From positions 1-64,000 of the forward strand of contig NMRA01000750.1 in assembly GCA_002633005.1 (NCBI GenBank): 64,000 bases of DNA, in the 5' to 3' direction. Shown here piece after piece: positions 51,810-64,000 of the stretch. The DNA comes from Phoronis australis. Lineage: Eukaryota > Animalia > Phoronida. Position numbers and translations under genes: made by a program. The notes under the pieces are model-generated. The model saw only the letters and a program-made list of their open reading frames with translations, searched no databases and was not told where the DNA came from. How positions within the stretch are numbered: the stretch's first letter is position 1; the number at the start of each line of letters is the position of its first letter.

Positions 51810-52120
51810 CAGGCCTTCATGCAGCGTATGTCCTGGGCGTCCAAATGGACTAATCTGGATGCCCTGGCAAGGACGCCCAATGTATCATTTGGACGCCCAC
51901 TGTCAATAAGAACCTTTCAAGTTTGGACTCACACATTGTATCGAATACTAGGAAGCCTCTGAAGGCTCCAGGGACTCATCTAGGATTTGAAAATTGGGGG
52001 TCCAAATTTGTGAGACTGACGAGTCATGCAAAGCGCAAATCTGAGGCGNTCATGGACGCCCTGGAATATTGGGAACCCCATTTTGGACACCCTATTTTCG
52101 AAATCCTTGATAAAGGCCTG
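51810..52120 (-). mobile_element. hAT-like family A element, internally collapsed at the N at 52049
   Basis: Termini caggccttcat ... ataaaggcctg; perfect 8-bp TSD cccgcagg (51802-51809 and 52121-52128). CAG...CTG ends with an 8-bp TSD are hAT hallmarks. Confidence 0.88.
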
Positions 52121-54803
52121 CCCGCAGGGTATTCAGGGGGTTGAAACCCAGCTCTCTGGCAGAATGTTCGGCCTGTTCAGCTAGTGTCTTATTTTTCTTT
52201 GCGTTTTTATCCGGTTTGAATGTGTGGAGACAAATGACAGTGATCAGCAAGGCCTCTTCAGCCTCCTATTGGCAATCGTTGTAAGCTTGATGCTGTGGGA
52301 TTTGTTGTCAGTGATCATGTACATGATGTTTTTATTACCCATATTCAGGAATTACCTCTTGTCCATGGCTAAATGGACTATTTTGATCCACAATTAGTTA
52401 ATGGATTTGTGGGCGAGTAATCAAATACGGTTTCTTCACAATTTTGTAATGTTGACTTCCCCTGTGAGAGAATCTCTGCAGGCATTTTACCTTGGGACAG
52501 GAAACTATGTTATACAATCAATTAAATTAAACATTGCCTTCATAAAACATATTTTTAGAAAAAGGCTGGGGTGCTCTTTTCCTGTCCCACATAAGTTGTG
52601 GTTTATCACCAAGAGTGAATGTGATTGGGACCCCGTCCGGCTGTTCCCAGCTTGTCTGATAGATAATCTCAACATCTACTGGCCCAAAATAAACATGTCA
52701 AACAGGTGCTTATACACATACTCTGAGATCAATAGTCTCTTGTGGTAGGCAACTGACTCCTTCATTTATATTGGATCACTTTGTGAGTGTGGATCTTCTC
52801 TCACTGGGCCTGTATGTTGACTTGGTATTTAGTTTTATTAACCATTTGGTTTTCAGTTGTTTACCTGTAATTTCCTTAGAAATACAGTGCTGGAGTTAAC
52901 CGAGTACGCGTTCACAAATACTAGTAGAAAAAAATGAAATACGAGTTAGGAAATCGATCTCACACGTATTATTTGAAAGGTGCGGAGGCGGATGTTCGAC
53001 GTCTTTTTTTGGTCGCATCTTTTTACGAGTACAAATTTGTAACATGAGCGCTGAATATGCCGTCACACATATTTTCGAACGCGCACTTTCACCTGTGTCG
53101 AGCGCTGAATTACTTAGTGTTTTATAAATGAACTACTTTAGATGATAAAGTTAACTTTCGTTTTATAGTGTTAACCTTTGACACCATTTACTTACTTACT
53201 GGTAGTACAGTTGACCTGACTCGGGGAACTGTATAGTTTTAATGGCTTCCAGTGTTCTTTGTAATCTGTTTGCCTTGGTAACAATAAGTGTACCTACCTG
53301 TGCTGACCTATGAGATTACTGTAGCCATTGTTTCAACAAACCGGGACGTTTTGTATGTTTGCCTCCAGTTCAGTTCATTGTTTCCATAGCTTTACAAGCT
53401 AACTTCCCAAATTATGGTTATATATACGAACGAGCTCGTGAATATTGAGTTTGAATTTTCTGCCATAGAAAGCAGATTGCTACCTTTGCTATTTATTGTG
53501 AAAATTTCATGCCCGAGTCCTCCGGCAATATCTCACCAATTTCAGACAAAAAAATTTACGCACCCGAGTTGTCCCTTTGCATTTTTCACAAGCTTAATCT
53601 TGTTGTGAATGCCCATAACATTAGCAAAACATTGTGCAACAATAGCTAAGGTGTAGAACTTGGTGAGTTATTACTTTCGTTCTCTGTATTCTTTGTGGAA
53701 ATAAGAGAGTGGGAAATTTCAATTGCCCGCCATGTTGTGTCCTAAATTGCTGAGATTTTATGCTATTTTATGTACGTTATCATAGAAGAAAACTAAGGAC
53801 TAAGGTGACGTAAAAAGCTTGTCTACTGCATTCATGGGATAGTTGTGGATTGTCGCTGTCTGATGGTTTGGGGATGATTTTGTCTGGGGGACCTGAATTT
53901 GTTTACAAAATAATTTGGCAATTCACCAGTCTATGTGAGCAGTGACATGGCTGCACTCTGACGCAGTTCCTCTGAGTCTCTCTTATGTCTAACTATAAAA
54001 AACATCCAGAGCCTGCATTTCTGTTTACATCTGGGGTATTTTTGGAAATGTGTGTAGACGTAATATGCGGTTACATACAAACCACTTCAGCTGGCCGTTT
54101 CGCCCCGTTGATAATCTGCATGTCATGTGAGATATTGTGGGCATGTGCCTGCTGTTATGGGTTACCTGTGGTAGTTGTCATGACTGTAAAGGAAACGCAT
54201 AAGTGACCGTTTCTTCTAGGCAACAGATTTTTCTTGATTTGTGGTAGAGGTATGTTCTCTGTGCTTCGGAATTGCTACCGTAACACACGACTCTATTTTG
54301 AAGATTGAAATTTATCAAAAATATTGGAAACTCAAAAAATATCAAGGAAACGCAAAGACATCTAATGCTCTTCCCAAGTCAGCAAACAATATAACTATTT
54401 AAATTTTGGTTTATAAACACTTCATTCCTTTGTTTATCTCGTATTTATGATGTTTATGTCTCCTATTTATGAATTTAAACCTGTAATCTTATCCCCATGT
54501 CAATAAACAATGCCGTTATTGCCGTTTGAAATGTGATTTCATTTTAGGGTACTCCGTATTTGTTTACAAAACTTAACAAGTATGAAGGATTAGAGCTCGA
54601 AACAAGGAAATATGACGTCCCATTTCTGTGAAAATCAAAAATATTTGTATGATATACCTCTGATAATCCATTTCTTTTTGTTGTGCCGTAAGAAAACCTT
54701 TATTAAAAGTGGAGATGCGTTATCAAGCCAGTGTTAACGTAAGCAGAGACATTGCTTAGTTGCTCTTTCAACACAGTTAGATTCACCTTACTTTTTTGAA
54801 CTA

Positions 54804-55042
54804 NNNNNNNNNNNNNNNNNNNNNNNNNNNNNNNNNNNNNNNNNNNNNNNNNNNNNNNNNNNNNNNNNNNNNNNNNNNNNNNNNNNNNNNNNNNNNNNNN
54901 NNNNNNNNNNNNNNNNNNNNNNNNNNNNNNNNNNNNNNNNNNNNNNNNNNNNNNNNNNNNNNNNNNNNNNNNNNNNNNNNNNNNNNNNNNNNNNNNNNNN
55001 NNNNNNNNNNNNNNNNNNNNNNNNNNNNNNNNNNNNNNNNNN
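54804..55042. other. Assembly gap (239 N)
   Basis: Run of n characters. Confidence 1.
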
Positions 55043-55366
55043 GAAGGCTCACAGTGGGGGCTGTTTTTCAAAGCAGGAAGAAATATACAACGTGTATACA
55101 AAGTACATACAATGTTGCTATGCTCACACTTGTTTGATAACATTGTAAAGTCTTGGTCTACAGTTTTTTTAGTAAAAATTCTCACTACAGAAGGCAGTTT
55201 TGTAAACTTAAATGTAAAAACCTTGATCTATGCATTTTTTGTAAAAAAAATGTGTGTGGGGGGGATTGCTGGGGGTGGGGGGTCACACGTCAGAATCATG
55301 GACGCCCTGGAATATTGGGAACCCCATTTTGGACACCCTATTTTCGAAATCCTGGATAAAGGCCTG
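55043..55366 (-). mobile_element. Right arm of the hAT-like family A element (second assembled copy)
   Basis: Reverse complement of 8470-8790. Ends ataaaggcctg, followed by the same TSD cccgcagg (55367-55374) as at 52121. Confidence 0.88.
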
Positions 55367-57572
55367 CCCGCAGGGTATTCAGGGGGTTGAAACCCAGCTC
55401 TCTGGCAGAATGTTCGGCCTGTTCAGCTAGTGTCTTATTTTTCTGTGCGTTTTTATCCGGTTTGAATGTGTAGAGACGAATGACAGTGATCAGCAAGGCA
55501 TCTTCAACCTCCTATTGGCAATCGTTGTAAGCTTGATGCTGTGGGATTTGTTGTCAGTGAGCATGTACATGATGTTTTTATTACCCATATTCAGGAATTA
55601 CCTCTTGTCCATGGCTAAATGGACTATTTTGATCCACAATTAGTTAATGGATTTGTGGGCGAGTAATCAAATACGGTTTCTTCACAATTTTGTAATGTTG
55701 ACTTCCCCTGTGAGAGAATCTGCAGGCATTTTAGCTTGGGACAGGAAACTATGTTATACAATCAATTAAATTAAACATTGCCTTCATAAAGTAGGTTAAA
55801 ACATATTTTTAGAAAAGGCTGGGGTGCTCTTTTCCTGTCCCACATAAGTTGTGGTTTATCACTGAGAGTGAAATTCAATGTGATTGGGACCCCATCCTGC
55901 TGTTCCCAGCTTGTCTGATAGATAATCTCAACATCCACTGGCCCAAAATAAACATGTCAAACAGGCGCTAATACACATACTCTGAGATCAATAGTCTCTT
56001 GTGGTAGGCAACTGACTCCTTCATTTATGTTGGATCACTTTGTGAGTGTGGATCTTCTCTCACTGGGCCTGTATGTTGACTTGGTATTTAGTTTTATTAA
56101 CCATTTGGTTTTCAGTTGTTTACCTGTAACTTCCTTAGAAATACAGTGCTGGAGTTAACCGAGTTCGCGTTCACAAATACGAGTAGAAAAAAATGAAATA
56201 CGAGTTGGGAAATCGATCTCACACGTATTATTTGAAAGGTGCGGAGGCGGATGTTCGACGTTTTTTTTGGTCGCATCTTTTTACGAGTACAAATTTGAAA
56301 CATGAGCGCTGAATATGCCGTCACACATATTTTCGAACGCGCACTTTCACCTGTGTCGAGCGCTGAATTACTTAGTGTTTTATAAATGAACTACTTTAGA
56401 TGATAAAGTTAACTTTCGTTTTATAGTGTTGACGTTATACTAATTTTCCTGTAGTTTAGACCTCTTAGTTTTTATGCAGATGCATACATTACATATTTCA
56501 TAGTGTTAACGTTTGACACCATTAACTTACTTTCCAATAGTACAGTTGACCTGACTCGGGGAACCGTATAGTTTTAATGGCTTCCAGTGTTCTTTGCAAT
56601 CTGTTTGCCTTGGTAGCAATGAGTGTACCTACCTGTGCTGACGTATGAGATTACTGTAGCCATTGTTTCAACAAACCGGGACGTTTTGTATATTTGCCTC
56701 CAGTTCAGTTCATTGTTTCCATAGCTTTACAAGTAAACTAACCAAATTATGGTTATATATACATGTGAACGTGCTCGTGAATATTGAGTTTGAATTTTCT
56801 GCCATAGAAAGCAGATTGCTACCTTTGTCGTTCATTGCGCAACAATAGCTAAGGTGTAGAACTTGGTGAATTATTACTTTCTTGCTCCGTAATCTTTGTG
56901 AAAGTAAGAGAGTCTGAAATTTCAATTGCCCGCCATTTTGTGTCCTAAATTGGGGAGATTTTATGCTATTTTACGTTTGTTATCATAGAAGAAAACTAAG
57001 GTGACGTAAAAAGCTTGTCTACTGCATTCATGGGATAGTTGTGGATTGTTGCTGTCTGATGGTTTGGGGATGATTTTGTCTGGGGGACCTGAATTTGTTT
57101 ACAAAATAATTTGGCAATTCACCAGTCTATGTGAGCAGTGACATGGCTGCACTCTGACGCAGTTCCTCTGAGTCTCACCTATGTCTAACTATAAAAAACA
57201 TCCAAAGCCTGCATTTCTGTTTACATCTGGGGTATTTTTGGAAATGTGTGTAGACGTAATATGTGGTTACATACAAACCACTTCAGCTGGCCGTTTCGCC
57301 CCGTTGATAATCTGCATGTCATGTGAGATGTTGTGGGCGTGTGCCTGCTGTTATGGGTTACCTGTGGTAGTTGTCATGACTGTAAAGGAAACGCATAAGT
57401 GACCGTTTCTTCTAGGCAACAGATTTTTCTTGATTTGTGGTAGAGGTATGGCAAACCTTCCAATTTTCAGCAAAACTTCCAATTTTCAGCAAAAAATAAT
57501 TTCCAAAGTACAAGGTGTACCAAAATGTAGTCAGACTCGTAGTATAGCACTGGGAGTTCAAATTCAGTTTGA

Positions 57573-57657
57573 GCCTGCTGTATGGTTACAGCCTGCTGTA
57601 TAATTACAGCCTTCTGTATGGTTACAGCCTGCTGTATGTTTACAGCCTGCTGTACAG
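57573..57657 (+). repeat. 18-bp minisatellite (gcctgctgtatggttaca) x ~4.5 inside a copy-2-specific insertion
   Basis: gcctgctgtatggttaca gcctgctgtataattaca gccttctgtatggttaca gcctgctgtatgtttaca gcctgctgtaca. Confidence 0.92.
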
Positions 57658-58428
57658 CTTGCTCTGAAAGTAGGCGCCTGAGTCGCTACACGTTCTCTGT
57701 GCTTCGGAATTGCTACCGTAACACATGTTTGAAGATTGAAATTTATCGAAAATATTGGAAAGTCAAAAAACATCGAGGAAACGCAAAGACATCTAATGCT
57801 CTTCCCAAGTCAGCAAACAATATAACTATTTATTTTGGTTTATAAACACTTCATTCCTTTTTTATCTCGTATTTATGATGTTTATGTCTCCTATTTATGA
57901 ATTTAAACCTGTAATCTTATTCCCATGTCAATAAACAATGTCGTTATTGTCGTTTGAAATGGGATTTCATTTTAGGGTACCCCGTATTTGTTTACAAAAC
58001 TTAACAAGTATGAAGGATTAGAGCTCGAAACAAGGAAATATGACGTCCCATTTCTGTGAAAATCAAAAATATTTGTATGATATACCTCTGATAATCCATT
58101 TCTTTTTGTTGTGCCGTAAGAAAACCTTTATTAAAAGTGGAGATGCGTTATCAAGCCAGTGTTAACGTAAGCAGAGACATTGCTTAGTTGCTCTTTCAAC
58201 ACAGTTAGATTCACCTTACTTTTTTGAACTACTGTTCTCAAGGGTATTGCCATTAAATTGACAGTAGCTTGTATCTAGGTAAGTTGAAATGCTGTAATGA
58301 TAGAATTTACAACTTGAATGCGATATACATAATGTGATTTCAAGAAGAGTGGCAAATACGTGCAGATATTGATATTGTATCCCTTCAGTTATCTTTGTGT
58401 TGTTGTGTATAATTACCCCTTGAAGGTA

Positions 58429-58479
58429 GCATCTGACAGTAGCGTCTGACAGTGGCATCTGACAGTGGCATCTGACAGT
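58429..58479 (+). repeat. 13-bp tandem repeat (gcatctgacagtg) x 4
   Basis: gcatctgacagta gcgtctgacagtg gcatctgacagtg gcatctgacagt. Confidence 0.92.
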
Positions 58480-59364
58480 CTTCTCAAGTGATAGTCATCT
58501 AAATTTGTCTTCTGGTCAGTTACAGTTCCCACGAAGACTTTCCGCATTTATTCATACCTTTCGCTTGATATAGCAGTTATTAAGATTGATCGGATCCAGG
58601 CCTTCAAGACTACTCTTTCAATGTTTGGAATTCTGAGTTAGATAGTCGAGATATCTGGGGCCATCCCAACCTTTGCACGGGTGCTCGCTGCGTCTGAAAA
58701 TGTTTCGTGTTTTTGATGGTAGTATTAGTGTTTTGCATTAAAAACTAGTACTTTCGAAAGCTGTTTTCTGTTAATCCCTACATTGTCGGTTCTGAGAAAA
58801 GACCATGTTGACAATGAATTTGGCTTCCACCTATAGCAGTCATGATGGGGAAATCGAGAATTGTGAGTCCTTTTGTGTGAATGTGTTTAGCCTGTTGTGT
58901 ATGATATTTTGAAATTAGCCCAATTTGGACATTTGTGTAAGGTTCTTCATGACCTTAACCACAACAGTGCCTAGAACAACCAATGTTCTGCTTATTACAT
59001 CCTCATTTGACTTCAGTGCAATCCATCCCAATCATTGTGGTGAATTCTAAGACTGAGAACATTGCATGTAATTAAGCCTAACCTCCCTGTCATGTAGTCT
59101 ATATAAACATTCCGTGCTGGATATGTTAATAATAACCCAGTGATATCAGAGACCAGACTGTAGCTTCAGTGTGTGTAGAGATGGCAAGTGGCATGTTGGC
59201 AGTCTAGAGAAGGGTTTGTAGATAATGGTTGTGTTACATTGTTGCCAAAGGACTGTGTTGGGTTTATTAGGGCTCCCCCTGCGTCAAATCTCGAACTCAG
59301 ACTCGACTTCACGCTGACTCGAAACTCCACTAGTCTCTCCGTGTAATTAGAGTTCCAAGCTCTT

Positions 59365-59679
59365 TCATACGAAATTACCGTAACTCCAGTATGCGAGGAG
59401 CGTCGCTGTAAACTGCGAACTTAGTCGAGGTGTTCATACTGGCTTTGTAGTTAGGAAACGTCGAAGTAAACGGTAGGTGACGCTTTCGTCATCGAAGTAA
59501 TTGTTACTGCAGTCGCCCCTGCTGATAACTTTGATAAGACCGAAGTTGAGCATTAATACTACACCAATAGGTTGATGCTCCGCTGTTAAATGCACCCGTT
59601 AACTAGCGCTGTTAAGCGTTCATACTGACCGTAACTCCCCAAGACATCGAGACACATCTATGTTAGTATGGAAAGGGCT
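59365..59679 (+). mobile_element. Family B Harbinger-like MITE, diverged copy
   Basis: Termini agctctttcatac ... gtatggaaagggct; shares internal blocks with 8796-9300. Confidence 0.65.
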
Positions 59680-61601
59680 GAATAGGTGTTGATGTTCTAT
59701 AAGTATTTGTGCCAAACCAGCTTGGTGAAAGTTCGTGATTGGTAGCGATATGTGAAACGTGTTTGTAGTGTTCTTGTGCAGGTATAGTTCAGAAAGTGGA
59801 GATTTACATTTGGTAAATAATTCTTTAATTCTGTGTAAATCTATTCCAGGTTTGTGCCATCTTTTATGCCATGTGTATCCATAACTGTTAACAGCTCTGA
59901 AACTGTTGTTTTCAAAACAATGTAGAGTAATTAGTAAGAAACTTGTCAACATTTTCTAACTTGCTCAAAGTACGGAACAGAAAACGACGCTCTCCTTCCA
60001 TTATTCTATGAGTCTTTTTGAAATATCTAACTTTTTCTGCTCTTAGTCTTCAAGAGATATTATTTTAGAAATAGATAATGCTTGCACATCATCACTTATC
60101 TGAATATACATTAGTATACATTGTATTCATAGTGCGATGGTTTGCGTTTTGATGCGTGCTGAGAAATATTGCCTCCAATGTAGTATTAGTAATCATGATT
60201 GTGTGTAGGCGATACATTAAGATCCTTGATGTATAGTGCTCTCTCCTAATTGATCTTCACTGTAGTCTGATAGGTTACCTGGAGTTGGTGGGTGATTTGC
60301 TTCAGAATTTCACAAGCGTGCTCTCGACTGATTCACTCACTCAAGCTGAGTCAGCTGCACTGTGATGGCTTGAGTTTAGCTGTTGGTATTGGGTCGAGTT
60401 TTACAAGCGTGAAACGCTGTAGTGTTGTCTGTGAGGTGATTTTACTTAGAGTCTAACTCTTTGAAATAACTGAAATTAGACGTCAGGGTTCAGTGAAGTG
60501 GGTAACCTTCGTGTAAGGCTTGTTTGTAGTGTCATAGATTTGTGATCTGATTTTGAAACCTAAAGTAGACCAAGATTTAGCATAAACCAAGATCTTTGTT
60601 TCGTTTTAGAACTGCCTTTTTATAGCATTTTGTTTTGAATTGTGTTGACGTTTCTGTTTTGCAATCTTTGCATTCGAAGCAATGAAATCACTCATGTTTG
60701 ATTAATGTCAGACTTGATTTTATTTCATAATTCGCTTTATTTATCAGCTGTAAACACATGGATTTTTGTTCTGTTAGAGGTAGTAGTCACGATTTTTTGC
60801 TTGCATTTTTGTTCTGTATGAAAAAATGTGGCAAGCACACCTGGTAATATCATCTTGTAGTTGTCTGTCTGGTGTCAGTTCAACCATAGAATGGTTTAGC
60901 TCAAGGTAAGTACCCCATCAGTTATGCACCACCAGTTGTATGGGTCTGTGGCTCTAATGGCTTTCTGCTGCCAAGGCATCCTGGGGGAACTCTTGACTGC
61001 TGTTGAAATGGTTGATTTTTATGACTGAATGATCCTCAGGTGAACTCCGGAGAACTTTGCCTTTCATAGAATCTCATCTGAAGGATTATGAAGTCTTTGT
61101 GGCCATGAGTCATTCTGCTTGTATCCTGCTGATAATAATCATGGGTATTTTGTTGTTGTGCTCTCTGTGACTGTAGCTGTATTTTGTCCTGACTTTTTAT
61201 TATCTTGAAATGAAGCGAATGAGTCGTGTTCAGGTAATCAGTGGGTGTCTCAGAATCAAGGTTCACTGAAGCACGCAGGGAAATTAATTTCCGTTAATAT
61301 TGAGCTTTGTGGAGACAGTTAAGGGCAAACTTCAGACCTGTGTATGCATTCTGGATGTCTGAACATTGGTAAATTACTCGGGAATAAATTCGTGTTGAAG
61401 CTAGATTTGCCTGGAAAGCTGTGTGTGTGTGTGTGCATGTGCTATACTGGTGTGTGTGGAACAGTATGGTTGTGTAGGGATTCTTGTGTCTGATGTGTGA
61501 TGAATGACTTAAACAGTTGTGTAATCAATGGTAATGGTTAAGGTCAGACTGTGGATGCTTGTGGCATTTGACTAAAGATAGTCCTCCTTTCATGTTTTTA
61601 G

Positions 61602-61685
61602 GAGCAGTCTGAGCGTAATCGCCACTCTTCGGCAGGGTCTTCAAACGAGCGCGGCACCATGTCTGATGCGTGCACAGAAACAGAG
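61602..61685 (+). CDS. APC: Probable APC coding exon 5 (84 nt, low-complexity linker before the armadillo region)
   Basis: Pyrimidine-rich acceptor cctcctttcatgtttttAG ends at 61601; donor gag|GTATTG at 61686. Locally GC-rich and open in phase 0: EQSERNRHSSAGSSNERGTMSDACTETE, compositionally like the human linker (EAERSSQNKHETGSH...). Homology is weak. Confidence 0.6.
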
Positions 61686-62149
61686 GTATTGACTTTTTCT
61701 GAAATTGTTGAGTGAGATTTGTTTATATATTGCTAATTTCTGGTCATACCGTTTGCTTGCTAATGAAGCCAGTCAGTCTACAAGGAAGTCCATGTTCAGA
61801 ATTGATCGGTTACCAGGTTAAAAATGAGTCTGGACTTGCTTATACAATTGAAGAGCTTGGGCAATTTCTCTGGATTATCGTTATTTAATGGAACTTGAAT
61901 TTTTAATGTTTTATCAGATGAACTGTTCACTTCCAATGTTCGTAAACAAAGGAACTTCTTATTTAATACCTCATTTACACTGAAGTACAGAATCGATAGT
62001 TAACCTAATTATTACTTAGCAAAAGCCAAGTCTCTTACTTATTTATAAAGTTTGTTTCCTTTTGCATTTTTGTTGCTTTATTTGCGTATTACATGTGGCA
62101 TTTCTGATGCGATCCCCAAGATATTTACATGCAAAACGTGTTTTGAGTA

Positions 62150-62830
62150 GCTTGAGGCCTATTGTTTTTGGTTCAAATTGAACACAAAATGGTGCTGTGG
62201 TGGCCATTTTTCACTTCGTTTAGCCTTAGCTCAGCTTTACTGGGAGGCATTTTTCTGAAGTTATGTATTTAGAATGTATCTCACCTAGGGCAGCACTATC
62301 AGACGTAGGCCATCCATTTTTTCGCTATCGTTTTTAATTTTCTGATGATTGCTCTGTAATTTGTTGAGTTATTGTGTAGTGTCTCTTGTGTCTCTTGACG
62401 AATTTATGTGAAATTTGGTTATTGGGTAGGTTCCGTCAAATGCTATCTGGTTGATGTTAACGGTTCCTTGCCCCGACCTAATATTACCAAGATATTCAAG
62501 ATTTACTGGTCAGATGACTGTTCTTTTATTGACCTATTCCTTACTACACTTTTGTCGGTCTATCATATTCATGATAAAAATCTTACTGGTTGCATTTTTT
62601 ATCTGATCTTATGAAGTTTATGCCGAACATTTGGCTTGTGAATGACTTGTTGTTTTTTGGTTGAAATCGGCACAAGTTGGCGCTGTGGCAGCCATTTTTG
62701 GTTTTAGAGACCCATAGCTCTGCTCTTCCTGGAGAGATTTTTCTGAAAAATGGTATGTAGGTAGATCTCATATTTTTTGGGTTTCCCATGTTTGGAGAAT
62801 TTCATGATAGTTGTGTGTAAACAGGTAAAA
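62150..62830. repeat. Degenerate subunit-repeat element (ggccatttt / tgaaatttggt type)
   Basis: tgtggtggccattttt...tagctcagctttactgggaggcatttttctgaa (~62196-62260) resembles tgtggcagccatttttgg...tagctctgctcttcctggagagatttttctgaa (~62684-62747). Confidence 0.5.
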
Positions 62831-62939
62831 TCACAGAATATGAAACTTGAGTACGGTGGGAAATCTTACGAAAGTAGACACGTGAATCTAGATCTGCACG
62901 TGTGTAAGTACACTATTTGAATAGAATCGACTGGATAGT

Positions 62940-63118
62940 GTGTTTACACTTCACAAAGTTGGAATCGGTTTACGTTAAATAGATTTGTAACCACCTCCAC
63001 GAGTAAGTTTAAGTTGAATCGATTTAAGCCAATCCTCTTGCATTTACACCCGCTTCCTAAATTGATTTGAATCTGAAACCCATTTTAAGTCGATGTAAAT
63101 CTTCAGTGTAAACGGGGT
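62940..63118. mobile_element. Possible Harbinger-like MITE remnant
   Basis: gtgtttacact (62940) pairs with agtgtaaacgggg (~63105-63117); internal aatcg(g/a)ttta repeats. Confidence 0.4.
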
Positions 63119-64000
63119 ATAAGATTACAGTAACCATCAGTAGCAGTGCTCTCCAGTACATACCTTGTAAAGTGTCAAATCTTGACTCGAACATTCTCTG
63201 GGAAAGGATATCTTTCGACACCAGAGAAGTCCCATGGTCCTGTTAGTGAACGCATTTCTTGACGTCATTTCTTAGAGTTTAGAGTCGCAATTCATCGCTT
63301 TGAAGTCCGAAAAGCTGTGGATGTGGATTTGTGAGATGCGGTAAAACCTCACCAATTTTGTACAAATATAATTGGCTTTATTTTAATTGCCCTTATTTCA
63401 TTTGTAAAGTGATTCTATTGTTGTTCTGAAATGCTCACCTTTCTTTGAAAACATTCATTTGGTGGTAGTTTTGCTACAGAACATGAATATGGAAAAGCAT
63501 TTGGTGCGACGAACCTGTCTTGGAAAAATTGATGAAATAAAATTTCAGTTGTCAGACATACTGTATCATAAATTGGAGAGACTTTACTATAATTTTGTTT
63601 TGTAACTAATTCTCATATTTTCTGGTGTCATCAATGCACAATTGGTCACTGAACTGCGGTTATGATTAAGAAGATCTTATGTATTGGTATATGCCAGCTG
63701 CGTATTATGCTGGGTTTTACATCGTGTAATATTATGAAATAGTTATTAAGTTCTATCGGTAACGTCGGACAAATATGTCTGCATAGTGATGGAGGGTTTG
63801 GTTGACATGAGACATGTGGAGTGTCCAACAAGGTGGAAAACCGTCATTGATTAATTTTCATTTAGTGTTAAATTATCAGCTAATGACCTGCATGTTCAAG
63901 TTTAATGCATACAAGATCGATTTGATGGGCATGGCACAAATGTTTGGTTGTCAATGTATTAATTTGTTCTGAAATGTGTAATTATTAGGGGGCTTGATAA

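Larger units (their letters stand above)
52050..58231 (+). repeat. Direct duplication 52050-54803 / 55296-58231 separated by an N-gap; probably two allelic haplotypes
   Basis: The copies are collinear and highly similar, with scattered SNPs and indels. Copy 1 starts at an N (52049) and ends exactly at the gap (54804). Confidence 0.92.

Noticed and set aside
54703-55185. ORFs containing long X runs
   Set aside because: Artefacts of translating through the N-gap.
53985-57402. Two near-identical 73-aa ORFs (53985-54206, 57181-57402) as duplicated small genes
   Set aside because: They only reflect the haplotype-like duplication; there is no homology or splice support.
60890-60960. tRNA-like start (ggtttagctcaaggta), also ggggtgttgtagcaagttgg at ~29491
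   Set aside because: No B-box/T-arm or cloverleaf could be built; at most a decayed SINE head.
1-64000. A novel multi-gene or prokaryote-like system
   Set aside because: Only one protein-coding gene (APC, partial) can be supported; no intact transposase, reverse transcriptase, operon or RNA gene was seen.

Overview
Eukaryotic, AT-rich genomic DNA from an animal, probably a marine invertebrate deuterostome (inferred from the protein and repeat style, not proven). The window holds the 5' part of one large + strand gene, an ortholog of the Wnt-pathway tumour suppressor APC (adenomatous polyposis coli). Four coding exons are well supported (24041-24260, 34385-34568, 39310-39418, 51163-51345) and a fifth is probable (61602-61685). 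They join in frame through canonical GT-AG splice sites and encode the N-terminal oligomerisation coiled coil and the following helical region; the armadillo repeats lie beyond the window. There are candidate 5' UTR exons upstream and a possible bidirectional promoter near the window start. The introns contain many non-autonomous DNA transposons (hAT-like with 8-bp TSD, PIF/Harbinger-like, TTAA/Kolobok-like, some nested or clustered), a decayed L1/Tx1 LINE fragment and several minisatellites. A ~2.8-2.9 kb duplication either side of an N-gap (52050-54803 vs 55296-58231) is most likely two haplotypes assembled in tandem. Almost all other ORFs in the supplied track look spurious. I found no evidence of a novel multi-gene system; the interesting items concern APC gene structure and motifs, and transposon or repeat biology.
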